From an uncultured Clostridiaceae bacterium (GTDB taxonomy: Bacteria > Bacillota > Clostridia > Saccharofermentanales > UBA5734), in contig OW818697.1 of NCBI GenBank assembly GCA_942493365.1, positions 2,276,093 through 2,340,092 on the forward strand: a DNA stretch of 64,000 nt, read 5' to 3'. Below the pieces are notes generated by a model. It was not told where the DNA came from. It did no database searches and saw only the letters and a list, made by a program, of their open reading frames with translations. Positions 19,101-28,440 of the stretch are shown here, piece after piece; positions within the stretch are counted from its first letter, which is position 1; the number at the start of each line of letters is the position of its first letter. A program made the translations under genes and the position numbers.

Positions 19101-19130
19101 ATATCATACTATTCATATATATTTTGTATT
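19101..19130. repeat. Copy 1 of a ~30-bp direct repeat flanking the cysK promoter (candidate Rrf2 operator)
   Basis: ATATCATACTATTCATATATATTTTGTATT is 25/30 identical to 19180-19209. Confidence 0.6.
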
Positions 19131-19146
19131 TCCCATTCAAAAACAG

Positions 19147-19175
19147 TTGACAATTGCCAGAGTGCATTGTATGAT
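19147..19175 (+). promoter_or_regulatory. cysK promoter (sigma-70/SigA type)
   Basis: TTGACA (19147-19152), a 17-nt spacer, then TATGAT (19170-19175). It lies ~47 nt upstream of the cysK ATG. Confidence 0.65.
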
Positions 19176-19179
19176 GTCT

Positions 19180-19209
19180 ATATCATACATATCATATATG
19201 TTTTATATT
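19180..19209. repeat. Copy 2 of the ~30-bp direct repeat, just downstream of the cysK -10
   Basis: ATATCATACATATCATATATGTTTTATATT. The start-to-start spacing to copy 1 is 79 bp. Confidence 0.6.
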
Positions 19210-19221
19210 CGGAGGTCACCC

Positions 19222-20154
19222 ATGCGTAAAATTTATCAAAGTATAACTCAGTTGATCGGCAAAACGCCCCTGCTCGAGTTAACCAACTTCGAAAAAAGGC
19301 ACGTGTTGCAAGCCAAAATCATCGCCAAGCTGGAGTACTTCAACCCGGCCGGCAGCGTCAAGGATCGTATCGCCCTGGCCATGGTCGACGAAGCCGAAGC
19401 CAATGGCAAGCTCAAACCCGGCTCGATCATCATTGAGCCAACCAGTGGCAACACCGGCATCGGCTTGGCCTCGGTCGCCGCCGCCCGTGGTTACAAGGTC
19501 ATCTTGACCATGCCAGAAACCATGAGTGTTGAACGGCGCAACCTGCTCAAAGCCTACGGAGCGGAATTGGTCCTGACCGAGGGTGCCAAAGGCATGAAGG
19601 GTGCCATCGCCCGCGCCGATGAACTGGCCGCCGCAACCCCCAATTCCTACATCCCGGGCCAGTTTGTCAACCCCGCCAATCCAGCTGTTCACAAAGCCAC
19701 CACCGGCCCGGAAATCTGGGATGACACCGACGGCAAAGTCGACTTTCTGGTCGCCGGCGTCGGCACCGGCGGCACCATCACTGGCGTCGGCGAATTTCTG
19801 AAGTCCAAAAACCCCCGCATTCAGGTCATTGCTGTCGAACCGGATGATTCACCGGTTCTGTCCGAGGGCAAGTCCGGGCCGCACAAAATTCAGGGCATCG
19901 GTGCCGGTTTTGTGCCGCAGGTTCTCAACACGTCGATCTATGATGAGATCGTCCGCGTCAAAAACGAGGACGCTTTTGCCACCGGCAAAGAGCTTTCTGT
20001 CACCGAGGGCCTGCTGGTCGGCATTTCCTCCGGCGCCGCCGTCTGGGCCGCGGCAGAAATCGCCAAACGCCCGGAAAACGCCGGCAAAACCATTGTTGTT
20101 ATCCTGCCAGATACTGGGGAGCGGTATCTGTCGACACCGATGTTCGCAGATTAA
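19222..20154 (+). CDS. cysK: Cysteine synthase A (O-acetylserine sulfhydrylase)
   Basis: Begins [20 protein letters not shown]. The PLP-lysine region (NPAGSVKDR), TSGNTG and GISSGA motifs are present. The start is at 19222, 6 nt after GGAGG. The ORF-track N-terminal extension from 19048 runs through the promoter. Confidence 0.92.
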   Translation: MRKIYQSITQLIGKTPLLELTNFEKRHVLQAKIIAKLEYFNPAGSVKDRIALAMVDEAEANGKLKPGSIIIEPTSGNTGIGLASVAAARGYKVILTMPETMSVERRNLLKAYGAELVLTEGAKGMKGAIARADELAAATPNSYIPGQFVNPANPAVHKATTGPEIWDDTDGKVDFLVAGVGTGGTITGVGEFLKSKNPRIQVIAVEPDDSPVLSEGKSGPHKIQGIGAGFVPQVLNTSIYDEIVRVKNEDAFATGKELSVTEGLLVGISSGAAVWAAAEIAKRPENAGKTIVVILPDTGERYLSTPMFAD

Positions 20155-20159
20155 TCAAT

Positions 20160-20588
20160 TTAATTTCGCTTTTTTATCTCGACATCCAGCCGTGTGTTCA
20201 TGCGATCGCGGTTGTTAAGGTCGATCGAGTAGCCGAGGTGAATCGAGCCGCCGGTGTCGGAGATATCGCTCTGCACCAGGCTGGTGAAAACCTCGACATC
20301 GAGGTCGCCGTAGGGCGTTTCCATGCGCGTGATGTGGCGGTTGCCGGCGGCGAAGGTCAGCTTCATGCCGTGGCTGCCGGTGCGGATCAGGGAGACGGTG
20401 CCGTCGTCGGCGACCTTCATGGTGGTTTTGGTGCCTTCCATGCCGGTGGCCGAGCTTTCGTCATAGACAATATACCAGGCCATCTCTTTGCGGTAGAGGC
20501 GCCCTTCGGTGGTCAGTTTGATGGCCTGCGGCTTGTCGCCGTCATCCCATTGCTGGCCCTGGATGGTCAGAAGAACATTAGGTTCCAT
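20160..20588 (-). CDS. DUF1934 (YwiB-like) beta-barrel protein
   Basis: 142 aa. The pattern LTIQG...YIVYDES...GTKTTMKV...DGTVSLIRTG...TPYGDLDVEV is typical of DUF1934. Confidence 0.7.
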   Translation of the reverse strand: MEPNVLLTIQGQQWDDGDKPQAIKLTTEGRLYRKEMAWYIVYDESSATGMEGTKTTMKVADDGTVSLIRTGSHGMKLTFAAGNRHITRMETPYGDLDVEVFTSLVQSDISDTGGSIHLGYSIDLNNRDRMNTRLDVEIKKRN

Positions 20589-20598
20589 TTGGGTCCTC

Positions 20599-21414
20599 TC
20601 AATACTGCTCGATGTTGATGCGCCTGGCATCGCTGATGGATTGTTCGAGAAAGGCGCCGCCCAGCTTCTGGAAGGTGCTGACGCTGTCGCTGGAGTAGAA
20701 GCTATGCGTGGCTGGCTGGTTGCCGGGGTTCAAAAGACCGGCGGCGGCCAGCTGTTGGCGCACTTCGGCGGCAACGCGGCTGCCGGCGTTGACCAGCTGG
20801 ACGGTTGGGCCGACGACTTCGGCAATGGCGTCCTTGAGCAGCGGATAATGGGTGCAGCCCAAGAGCAGGGTATCAATGCCGCTGGCCTGCAAGGGCGCAA
20901 GGTATTCGGCGGCGATGGCGCGGGTGATCGGGGTGTTCCACCAGCCCTCCTCGGCCAGGCTGACAAACAACGGACAGGCCTGCTGTAAAATCTCCATCTC
21001 GGGTGTCGCGACCTGGCGGATGGCGCGGACATAGACTTCACTGGCCACGGTGTTGCGGGTGCCGATGACGCCGATGCGGCCGTTCTTGGTCAGTTGAACG
21101 GCGGCGGCGGCACCGGGCGAAATAACCTCGACCACCGGCACACCAGCGCATTCACGGACGATGTCCGAGGCGCAGGCGCTGGCGGTGTTGCAGGCGATGA
21201 CAATCATTTTGACCTGCTGTTCCTGCAAAAAATGGACGATCTGGCGGGCGTACTGGCCGATGGTCTCGGGCGACTTGCTGCCGTAAGGTGTGCGGCCGGA
21301 ATCGCCGAAATAGACCGTGTTTTCCTGCGGCAATTGATTGATGATTTCCTTGAGAACCGTGAGGCCGCCGAGACCGGAGTCAAAGACACCGATCGGCCTT
21401 TGATCGGGCGCCAT
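20599..21414 (-). CDS. murI: Glutamate racemase
   Basis: IGVFDSGLGGLTVL, IACNTAS and GCTHYPLL motifs are present. Its start shares 1 nt with the ddl stop (TGATG). Confidence 0.92.
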   Translation of the reverse strand: MAPDQRPIGVFDSGLGGLTVLKEIINQLPQENTVYFGDSGRTPYGSKSPETIGQYARQIVHFLQEQQVKMIVIACNTASACASDIVRECAGVPVVEVISPGAAAAVQLTKNGRIGVIGTRNTVASEVYVRAIRQVATPEMEILQQACPLFVSLAEEGWWNTPITRAIAAEYLAPLQASGIDTLLLGCTHYPLLKDAIAEVVGPTVQLVNAGSRVAAEVRQQLAAAGLLNPGNQPATHSFYSSDSVSTFQKLGGAFLEQSISDARRINIEQY

Positions 21415-22508
21415 CAGATCAGCTCCTTGCGGGCGTTAGCGCGCGCACCGGCGATGGCCAGTTGGCAGAGCTTCTTGACCAGCTCGGGCAGGGGGATGCC
21501 GGATGCCGCGAAGGCCTTGGGGAATATACTGATCGGCGTAAAGCCGGGCAGGGTATTGATTTCGTTGATCATCAGGCGTTCACTGTCGCGGGTCAGGAAA
21601 AAGTCAACGCGCGACAAACCGGCACAGCCCATAGCTTTGTAGGCCTTGATGGCCAGGCGGCGCACACGAGCGGCCATGGCCGCGTCGAGCACGGTCGGCA
21701 CAATGACGGCGGCACCGTCGCTCATGAAATACTTGGCCTCATAATCGTAGTAGTCGACCTGTTCGCTGGTCGCGACCTCGCCGACCAGCGCGGCGCGTGG
21801 GCGTTCGTTGCCGAGGATGGCGACTTCGATCTCGCGCGCTTTGACGAATTCTTCGATGACCACAACGCGGTCATAAGTGCTGACTTCGACAAGCGCCTGA
21901 ATCAGGGCATCGCGGTTTGTGGCGCGGCAGGTGCCGACCGATGAACCACCGTTGTTGGGTTTGAGAAAGCAGGGGTAGCCGACGACTTTGGCCACCTTGT
22001 CGGCGACTTTGCCGGCGTCGCGCTGGATGTCCTCGCGCAAGGCTGAGGTGTATTTACATTGCGGCAGGCGGGCCTGCTTGAAAATCGTTTTAGCGTGCAG
22101 TTTGTCCATGCCGGCTGCCGAAGCCAGAATGCCGCAGCCAACATAGGGGATGCCGGTCAGCGTCAGAAAGCCCTGTAGCGCGCCATCCTCACAATTGATG
22201 CCGTGCACGGCCGGAAAGATACAATCAGGAATGCAACCGCAAAGCGTAGCGATCAAGTCGCGCGGCGAACGCACCGGCTGGGTCGGCGCGGCGGATGCGG
22301 CCACGCGGGCAGCGGCCTGCCAGGTGTTGCTCAGGATATCGTCATCGGCTCCATCGAAGCGCAGCCAGTCACCGTCCGGCGCGATGCCGACGCGGATCAC
22401 TTTGAAGCCAGACTGACGCAGGCCGCCGATGATGTTGAATGCGGATCGCAGGGAGACGATGTGTTCGGTCGAGACGCCGCCGAAGATAACCAAAACTGTT
22501 TTTGCCAT
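21414..22508 (-). CDS. ddl: D-alanine--D-alanine ligase
   Basis: 364 aa with the N-terminus VIFGGVSTEHIVSLRSA, an ATP-grasp core, and EINTLPGFT. Confidence 0.92.
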   Translation of the reverse strand: MAKTVLVIFGGVSTEHIVSLRSAFNIIGGLRQSGFKVIRVGIAPDGDWLRFDGADDDILSNTWQAAARVAASAAPTQPVRSPRDLIATLCGCIPDCIFPAVHGINCEDGALQGFLTLTGIPYVGCGILASAAGMDKLHAKTIFKQARLPQCKYTSALREDIQRDAGKVADKVAKVVGYPCFLKPNNGGSSVGTCRATNRDALIQALVEVSTYDRVVVIEEFVKAREIEVAILGNERPRAALVGEVATSEQVDYYDYEAKYFMSDGAAVIVPTVLDAAMAARVRRLAIKAYKAMGCAGLSRVDFFLTRDSERLMINEINTLPGFTPISIFPKAFAASGIPLPELVKKLCQLAIAGARANARKELI

Positions 22509-22580
22509 TGTAAAAAACCTTTCGTGGGTGGTTGTGTCAAACCTGCACTCAGTTTAGCGCAAGATGACCAAAAAGCCAAG

Positions 22581-23879
22581 TCAGGTGTTGGCAATCTCCT
22601 CCACGGCATAAAGCGGTAGATTGACCAACCAGTTTTCTTTCCGATAGTCCGCCATGGAAACGCGGACGGAAAGCTCCGGCTCGAAGTTGTCCTTATAAAC
22701 CCGCAGGCTCTTGGCTTTGAGATTGACCTCGGCCTTGACTTCGACCGGGATGATTTTTTCACCCGTGTCGATCACAAAGTCAACCTCGCAGGTGCCCCGG
22801 TCATTGGTGTAATAATAGACGCCCAAATCGTCGATTGTCTTGAGCTGTTGGCAGACATATTGCTCGGTCAGCGCACCTTTGAATTCCGCAAATAAATCAT
22901 TGCCGTCAAGCAATGTGCGTTGGCGCAGTCCGGTCATGCAACTGAGCAGCCCAATATCGACGACGAATAACTTAAAAGCTTTCAAGTCCTCATAGGCTTT
23001 CAGCGGCATTCGTCCCGCATTCACGCGGCTTATTTTGTGGATCAACCCGCAGTCGGCAAGCCACATGATCGCCCATTCGAATTCCTTGGCCCGCCCGCCC
23101 TCGCGCACGAGGCCATAGACAAATTTCTTGTTCTCCTTGGCAAGTTGTGAGGCGACGCTATTCCAGACCATGCGAATCTTCGGCACGATTTCGTGGGGCG
23201 CATGTTTGGAAAAATCCTGTTCGTACGCCGCCAGAATTCGCTTTTGAATTTCCCGCACCTCATTGAAATCCTTGTCATCAGCAAAACGCTGCACGGCTTC
23301 TGGCATCCCGCCGACAAAATAATAATGCTTGAGCGCGTCGATATAGGTCTGCTTGAATGAGGTAACCATCGAATAATCCCGCTGCCCCAGCAATTTCGCG
23401 AAACGTTCATTGTCAGTCGCCTGCAAAAATTCCCCGAAGGACATCGGATACAGCTTTAGAAAATCCACCTTGCCGACCGGAAATGAAGTGCCCTGATGCA
23501 GCGCGATCCCCAACCATGAGCCCGCACAGACAATATGATATTGCGGCGCGTTCTCATAGAAATACTTCAGAGCAGTAAGCGCTCTTGGCACTTCCTGCAC
23601 CTCGTCGAAAATCAACAGCGATTGCTCTGGCTTGATCTTGCGGCCGACATACAATTCGAGCCCCATGATCAATCGTTCGATATCCAGGTCGGCCGCGAAC
23701 AGTTCGGCCATTCTGGAATTGGCGTCAAAGTTGATATAGACCGTGTCCGCATACGCCGTTTTGCCAAACTCTTTCATCAGCCACGTTTTGCCAACCTGCC
23801 GTGCGCCCTCAATAATCAGCGGTTTGCGGTACTTGCTCGCTTTCCACCGATATAGATTTTCAATTGCCTTCCGATACAT
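22581..23879 (-). CDS. AAA+ ATPase with a C-terminal DUF4143 domain
   Basis: Walker A is GARQVGKT and Walker B is LLIFDEVQ. The architecture and length (432 aa) are typical of the AAA_14/DUF4143 family. Confidence 0.75.
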   Translation of the reverse strand: MYRKAIENLYRWKASKYRKPLIIEGARQVGKTWLMKEFGKTAYADTVYINFDANSRMAELFAADLDIERLIMGLELYVGRKIKPEQSLLIFDEVQEVPRALTALKYFYENAPQYHIVCAGSWLGIALHQGTSFPVGKVDFLKLYPMSFGEFLQATDNERFAKLLGQRDYSMVTSFKQTYIDALKHYYFVGGMPEAVQRFADDKDFNEVREIQKRILAAYEQDFSKHAPHEIVPKIRMVWNSVASQLAKENKKFVYGLVREGGRAKEFEWAIMWLADCGLIHKISRVNAGRMPLKAYEDLKAFKLFVVDIGLLSCMTGLRQRTLLDGNDLFAEFKGALTEQYVCQQLKTIDDLGVYYYTNDRGTCEVDFVIDTGEKIIPVEVKAEVNLKAKSLRVYKDNFEPELSVRVSMADYRKENWLVNLPLYAVEEIANT

Positions 23880-24020
23880 ACTCGCACCCCCTTTTGGTCA
23901 TGCAAGTCAATTTTAGCACATAATATGCACTTTTTACAGCGAATATGTGTGCGTGAGGTACATTTTATGCAACGAATATGCGCTTCGTAAGCCCCTTTTG
24001 AAAAAGTCACATCTTTGCCG

Positions 24021-25274
24021 CTAACTCGGAATATCGACTATTTTGCCTGCATTCTGCCGCCGCATATACAGCAGCAACGGCACCATGAGCAGCAAAACCG
24101 CCGCACCGCAAGCAATAAACCCATAGCGTGCATCGAATTGGTCGGCAAAAATGCCGGCGAACAGATTGCCGATCGGGGTGGAACCGCCGAAAACCAGCGC
24201 GTAAACGCTCATCACACGGCCGCGATATTCGTTGCTGGAGTTGAGCTGCAGCATCGAATTGGCGGTCGAGGTGAAGGCGACGAAAAAACAGCCGGTCAGC
24301 GCCAGCAGGATGAAGGTCATGAGAAATGTCGCGGTCAGCCCGGTCAACAGCATAAAGAGACCCGTCACAAACGGCACGACCGTCAGCATGTAGCGCCGTG
24401 GCCCCTTGCGGCTGAGCGAGGCGACGAACATGGCTCCGACCAGCGAGCCAACACCGACGGCAGCGATCAGAAAGCCAAAGCCGCTTTCCTGCTGGATGAG
24501 AATTTCTTTGGCAAAAACCGGCACCAGCACACTGAAGTTGGGGATGAAGGTGCCGACGATCAGGACGGCCAGCAACGATTCAACCAATATTGGGTCCTTG
24601 AAAATGTAACGCAGGCCATTTTTGACCTCGGCAAAAACACGCTGACTGACCGGCGGCCGAGCGGGCTGGACCAGCGGTTTGATGAAAAACAGGCTGATCA
24701 GGACAGCGGCAAAGCTGATGGCGTTGATGAAAAAACACCAGGCGACACCGGCCGTGCCCATGATCAGGCCAGCTACTGCCGGGCCGATGATGCGGCAGAG
24801 ATTGAAAATCGTCGAGTTCAGGGCGATGGCATTCATCAGGTCCGGCTTGCCAACCATTTCGATGACAAATGCCTGACGGGCGGGCATGTCCAGCGTGTTG
24901 GCAAAGCCCAGCGCCGTCGCGCAGATCAGGATGTGCCAGTATTGGACGTGGCCAGTCCAGACCAGCACCGCCAGGGTCAGCGTAATCAGCAGCGAGGCCG
25001 ACTGGGTCAGGATGAGAATTTTCTTTTTGGGAAAGCGGTCGATGATCACGCCGGCCGGCAGCGAAAACAGCAGCACCGGTAAAAACTGCAGGGCGCCGAT
25101 CAGGCTGAGCAATAGCGCCGAATGGGTCAGACTGTACGCCAACCAAGGCTGGGCGACGTTCTGCATCCAGGTGCCGATCAGCGAAACGGTCATGCCGAGC
25201 GAAAAATAGCGGAAATTTGGATGCCGCAAGGCCGTGAAAGGGTTGTTGAGTTTTTTGTTCGGGCTGTCTGTCAT
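24021..25274 (-). CDS. MFS transporter (12 TM)
   Basis: 417 aa and hydrophobic throughout. The N-terminus ALRHPNFRYFSLGMTVSLIGTWMQNVAQPWL resembles the EntS/DUF894-type MFS group. Confidence 0.8.
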   Translation of the reverse strand: MTDSPNKKLNNPFTALRHPNFRYFSLGMTVSLIGTWMQNVAQPWLAYSLTHSALLLSLIGALQFLPVLLFSLPAGVIIDRFPKKKILILTQSASLLITLTLAVLVWTGHVQYWHILICATALGFANTLDMPARQAFVIEMVGKPDLMNAIALNSTIFNLCRIIGPAVAGLIMGTAGVAWCFFINAISFAAVLISLFFIKPLVQPARPPVSQRVFAEVKNGLRYIFKDPILVESLLAVLIVGTFIPNFSVLVPVFAKEILIQQESGFGFLIAAVGVGSLVGAMFVASLSRKGPRRYMLTVVPFVTGLFMLLTGLTATFLMTFILLALTGCFFVAFTSTANSMLQLNSSNEYRGRVMSVYALVFGGSTPIGNLFAGIFADQFDARYGFIACGAAVLLLMVPLLLYMRRQNAGKIVDIPS

Positions 25275-25966
25275 GGCAAAAGTATCCGTAAATAGTTACG
25301 ACCTAAGCACTCGTCTAATATTTCTTTTACGAACAGATGTATAGATAAATCGGGATTTTCAAAACATATCAAATTCTCTTTCTTATACTTCGTTCTGCAA
25401 ATTTCATTTCGATTGTTTTCTCTGTTAAGTCGGGAGATATTTTCTGCATATCGAATGGCGCGAATAACATCTTCCAATTCTATTTGGTTTAAAATTTTTT
25501 TAATCACATGTTCACTTTTAATGTTGACATTCCCCAAGTCAAATGTTTTCTTGATTTGCGACATATAATCGTCTGTGTTGCATACTTGTCTATTGAACTC
25601 GCATTTGTGAAGCAACAACCACAAATCAAAGCAGACATTTGAAAAACACGGCGATATTTCTTTGCGCCTGCAATGTTCTAGAGCAACAATAAAATCAGAT
25701 TGCTTGTTATCATGGTCAAAAACTGCATGATACTGATTATCATTGGAAAATGTTTTCGCATCAGCTGCACGGTTGACAACATTAATTGGCGAAAAACCGC
25801 CTGCATTTTTTAGATTGATTATCATTGTTTTTCGGATCGCTTCTTGAGGCTGTTGATCAATTAAATCTTTCAAGCGCTTGAAGTAAAGCATTTCCTGTTT
25901 GCCCTCAACTGCGCCATTAATAAGCAATCTTTGTTTTTGATATCTGTTTGACCGACCGCTATTCAT
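25271..25966 (-). CDS. RloB-like (TOPRIM-related) protein, partner of the upstream ATPase
   Basis: 231 aa. It has the N-terminal motif LLINGAVEGKQEMLYFKRL (the EGxxE..YF pattern), a central AVFDHDN (DxD-like), and SNVCFDLWLLLH (resembling the SNPcFElWlllH motif of RloB). It overlaps the ATPase stop by 4 nt and is very AT-rich. Confidence 0.7.
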   Translation of the reverse strand: MNSGRSNRYQKQRLLINGAVEGKQEMLYFKRLKDLIDQQPQEAIRKTMIINLKNAGGFSPINVVNRAADAKTFSNDNQYHAVFDHDNKQSDFIVALEHCRRKEISPCFSNVCFDLWLLLHKCEFNRQVCNTDDYMSQIKKTFDLGNVNIKSEHVIKKILNQIELEDVIRAIRYAENISRLNRENNRNEICRTKYKKENLICFENPDLSIHLFVKEILDECLGRNYLRILLP

Positions 25967-27291
25967 ATTGAAGAATCCAAGCTGTCAGTTTCACTGCTTT
26001 TCAGAATCTCCCGAACCGCCTCGCTCAGTTCAATATTAGGTAATGCACCATATTTACCGGACAAATAATTTTTCAGGTAACTTTCATCATTCCGAACATT
26101 TAAACTGCCAGAAGTTTTAAAGTCTGCTAATGTATAAAGATTGCTCTCGTAATTTTCAGAATCACGCTCAACAAAAACAAGGCTGTCTCTTCTCATCAAT
26201 GATTTATCCAAAAGAATTGCACTATGAGACGTAAATATGATTTGCGAACCATGTTTGTTCAGTTCCGGATTCATAAAAATGCGAATTATTTTAGCCAAAA
26301 CAAATGGGTGAAGTGATGTATCAAGTTCGTCGACAATTAATGTTTTGCCATTCTTAAGTGCATCAATAAATGGGCCCAGAAATTTGAAAAGGTGCATTGT
26401 CCCTCTTGATTCGATGTCTTCAGACTTAATTGATATGACTTTGCCATTACCACTGCGGTATCTTGATACCAGCACGGAATTATCGTTTTCCGTGTCTTTG
26501 TTCGAGATATAAAATATCTCTTGATTTCCCATGTCGGCTAATTTCATGAATTTGTTCAAAATATAATTGGTTGTCGCTACATCATAGGGCATGCTCAATG
26601 AGTTGACATCGTTATCAGTTTCAGAATAAAAACAGATATCTTTCGCAAACCACTCCTGTATTGTGTCAACAGTTTCACGGGAAAATAGTATTTTGAAATA
26701 GCTGGTGAGAAACAATTCACTTTTCTTCAACCCATCAACACTTTCATCGTTCAAGTCCTTAAACAAAAAGACAAATTTCTTTTGTTCTTCAAGATGAGAT
26801 ATCAAGGCTTCTTTATCGCTAACTAATTTATTTGTCGTAATTTTCTGACCGTTCCGAATGAAGACTTGCTTATTGTTGATTGATAGTTCTTCAAATGCAA
26901 TGTAGGCCCCTTCGCCAGCCTCATCGAAACCAACCTTAAGGTCATAATCAAAAATTCTGTTCTCTTTCATAAATGTGATTCCGCATTTTACTGGCTCACT
27001 GTTTCCATCATACAAAAACCTAAACGTGCTAGCTTTTAGATTGTCAAATACTCTGCATTTGTACAAGTCGCCATTTAAAACAAGTTCTTTTAAAATGCTC
27101 ATCGCTGATAAAAAATTAGATTTTCCACTTGCATTTGCCCCAAATATTACTGCAACAGGTAAAACTCTTTTTGCTTTTTTCTCGACTCGAATGAGTGATT
27201 CGTTATGGTCACGTTGAGTTGAAGCTATCATTGATAGATAGTTATTTTTGCGGAACGATTTGAAGTTTTCAATTCTGAATTCTAATAGCAT
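25963..27291 (-). CDS. ABC-type/AAA_15-21 family ATPase (RloA/AbiLi-like)
   Basis: The N-terminus is MLLEFRIENFKSFR. Walker A is GANASGKSN, Walker B is TLIVDELDTSLHP, and an IIFTSHS motif is present. 442 aa. Confidence 0.75.
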   Translation of the reverse strand: MLLEFRIENFKSFRKNNYLSMIASTQRDHNESLIRVEKKAKRVLPVAVIFGANASGKSNFLSAMSILKELVLNGDLYKCRVFDNLKASTFRFLYDGNSEPVKCGITFMKENRIFDYDLKVGFDEAGEGAYIAFEELSINNKQVFIRNGQKITTNKLVSDKEALISHLEEQKKFVFLFKDLNDESVDGLKKSELFLTSYFKILFSRETVDTIQEWFAKDICFYSETDNDVNSLSMPYDVATTNYILNKFMKLADMGNQEIFYISNKDTENDNSVLVSRYRSGNGKVISIKSEDIESRGTMHLFKFLGPFIDALKNGKTLIVDELDTSLHPFVLAKIIRIFMNPELNKHGSQIIFTSHSAILLDKSLMRRDSLVFVERDSENYESNLYTLADFKTSGSLNVRNDESYLKNYLSGKYGALPNIELSEAVREILKSSETDSLDSSI

Positions 27292-27456
27292 ATATTTACC
27301 TCGTAATGAATGAGCCGCTTATCTGATTATACATGATCCACAAGACATATACTACACATTTGAGATATTTTCTCAAATAAATATTAATATACAAATACAA
27401 TGGCTAAATGCTTTGCGGTATAATAAACAGATAACTGAAGCTCAGGAGCAAAACAT

Positions 27457-28440
27457 ATGCAAGAATTCACAGTCGACGCCGGCGCAGACGGCAAAAATCT
27501 GGTGCGCGTGGTCCTCGCCCATTTCCCAGCCCTAGCCCCCGGTCAGATCTATCAGGCTTTGCGCCGCAAAGATGTCCGCGTCAATGGTCAACGCCGCAAT
27601 GCCGATGGCCCGGTCTTTGTCGACGACATTATCGCGGTCTATTTGCCCGACGATGTCCTGGCCGGCACCGCCAGCCGCGAGACCGGGGATCCAAGCCAAT
27701 ATTACCAGATCGTGCATCAGGACCCGCTGCTGCTGATCGTCAACAAGCGCCCCGGCGTCACCGTGCACGCCGCCGAGGGCAAAGGCCAGGGGCCTTTCCT
27801 GATTGACCTGCTGCGCACCCATCTGGGCGAGCCCAGCCTCGAACTTTGCCACCGCCTCGACCGTCAAACTGGCGGCCTGATTATGGTCGCCCGCAAGGCG
27901 GCAGCGCTGGATGCCGTGACCGACCTGATGCAGGCCGGCCAGATCGTCAAACGCTACCGCTGCCTAGTGCGCGGCGTGCCGACGCAGGGCGAAGCGGTCA
28001 CCGCCGCCGACGGTCTGCCGCTCCTGGAAATCACCGGCTGGCTGGAAAAGGTCGCCGCCAAAAGCGACGTCTACATTCACGATCTCAAGCAGCCCGGCGA
28101 CCTGCCGATCATCACCCGCTACCGCGTGCTGCGGGTCTTTGCCGGCGTTGGTCCTGAAGCCGAAGACGTTGCCGAGCTCGAAGTCGAGCTGGTTACCGGC
28201 CGCACCCACCAGATCCGCGCCCATTTCGCGCACATTGGCCATCCGCTTTTAGGCGACGGCAAATACGGTCGCAACAGTTTCAACAAGCATTTCCGCGGTG
28301 TCGGCGGCGTGCTCAACCGGCAGCAGCTTTATTCCACGCAACTGATCATATTGCCCGAATCAAAAGGTCCGCTGACCTATCTTGCCGGGCGGACCTTTGC
28401 GATTGAACCTGAATTTGACTGGAGCGGGCCTGATCAGTAA
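27457..28440 (+). CDS. RluA-family pseudouridine synthase with an N-terminal S4-like domain
   Basis: The catalytic motif is [16 protein letters not shown], and HQIRAH is present. 327 aa. Confidence 0.85.
   Translation: MQEFTVDAGADGKNLVRVVLAHFPALAPGQIYQALRRKDVRVNGQRRNADGPVFVDDIIAVYLPDDVLAGTASRETGDPSQYYQIVHQDPLLLIVNKRPGVTVHAAEGKGQGPFLIDLLRTHLGEPSLELCHRLDRQTGGLIMVARKAAALDAVTDLMQAGQIVKRYRCLVRGVPTQGEAVTAADGLPLLEITGWLEKVAAKSDVYIHDLKQPGDLPIITRYRVLRVFAGVGPEAEDVAELEVELVTGRTHQIRAHFAHIGHPLLGDGKYGRNSFNKHFRGVGGVLNRQQLYSTQLIILPESKGPLTYLAGRTFAIEPEFDWSGPDQ

Noticed and set aside
19048-19221. The N-terminal 58-aa extension of the cysK ORF in the track.
   Set aside because: The extension runs across the AT-rich promoter (TTGACA-17-TATGAT) and the repeat region. 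The conserved CysK N-terminus begins at ATG 19222, which has a GGAGG SD.
23910-23980. Three AATATG-containing imperfect repeats (23922, 23942, 23975) upstream of the DUF4143 ATPase gene, near a TGCTAAAAT extended -10. They also create the spurious ORF 23816-24010 with HIRC(I/K)KC repeats.
   Set aside because: The repeats are degenerate and irregularly spaced (20 and 33 bp). A regulatory site is possible, but the pattern is too weak to claim.
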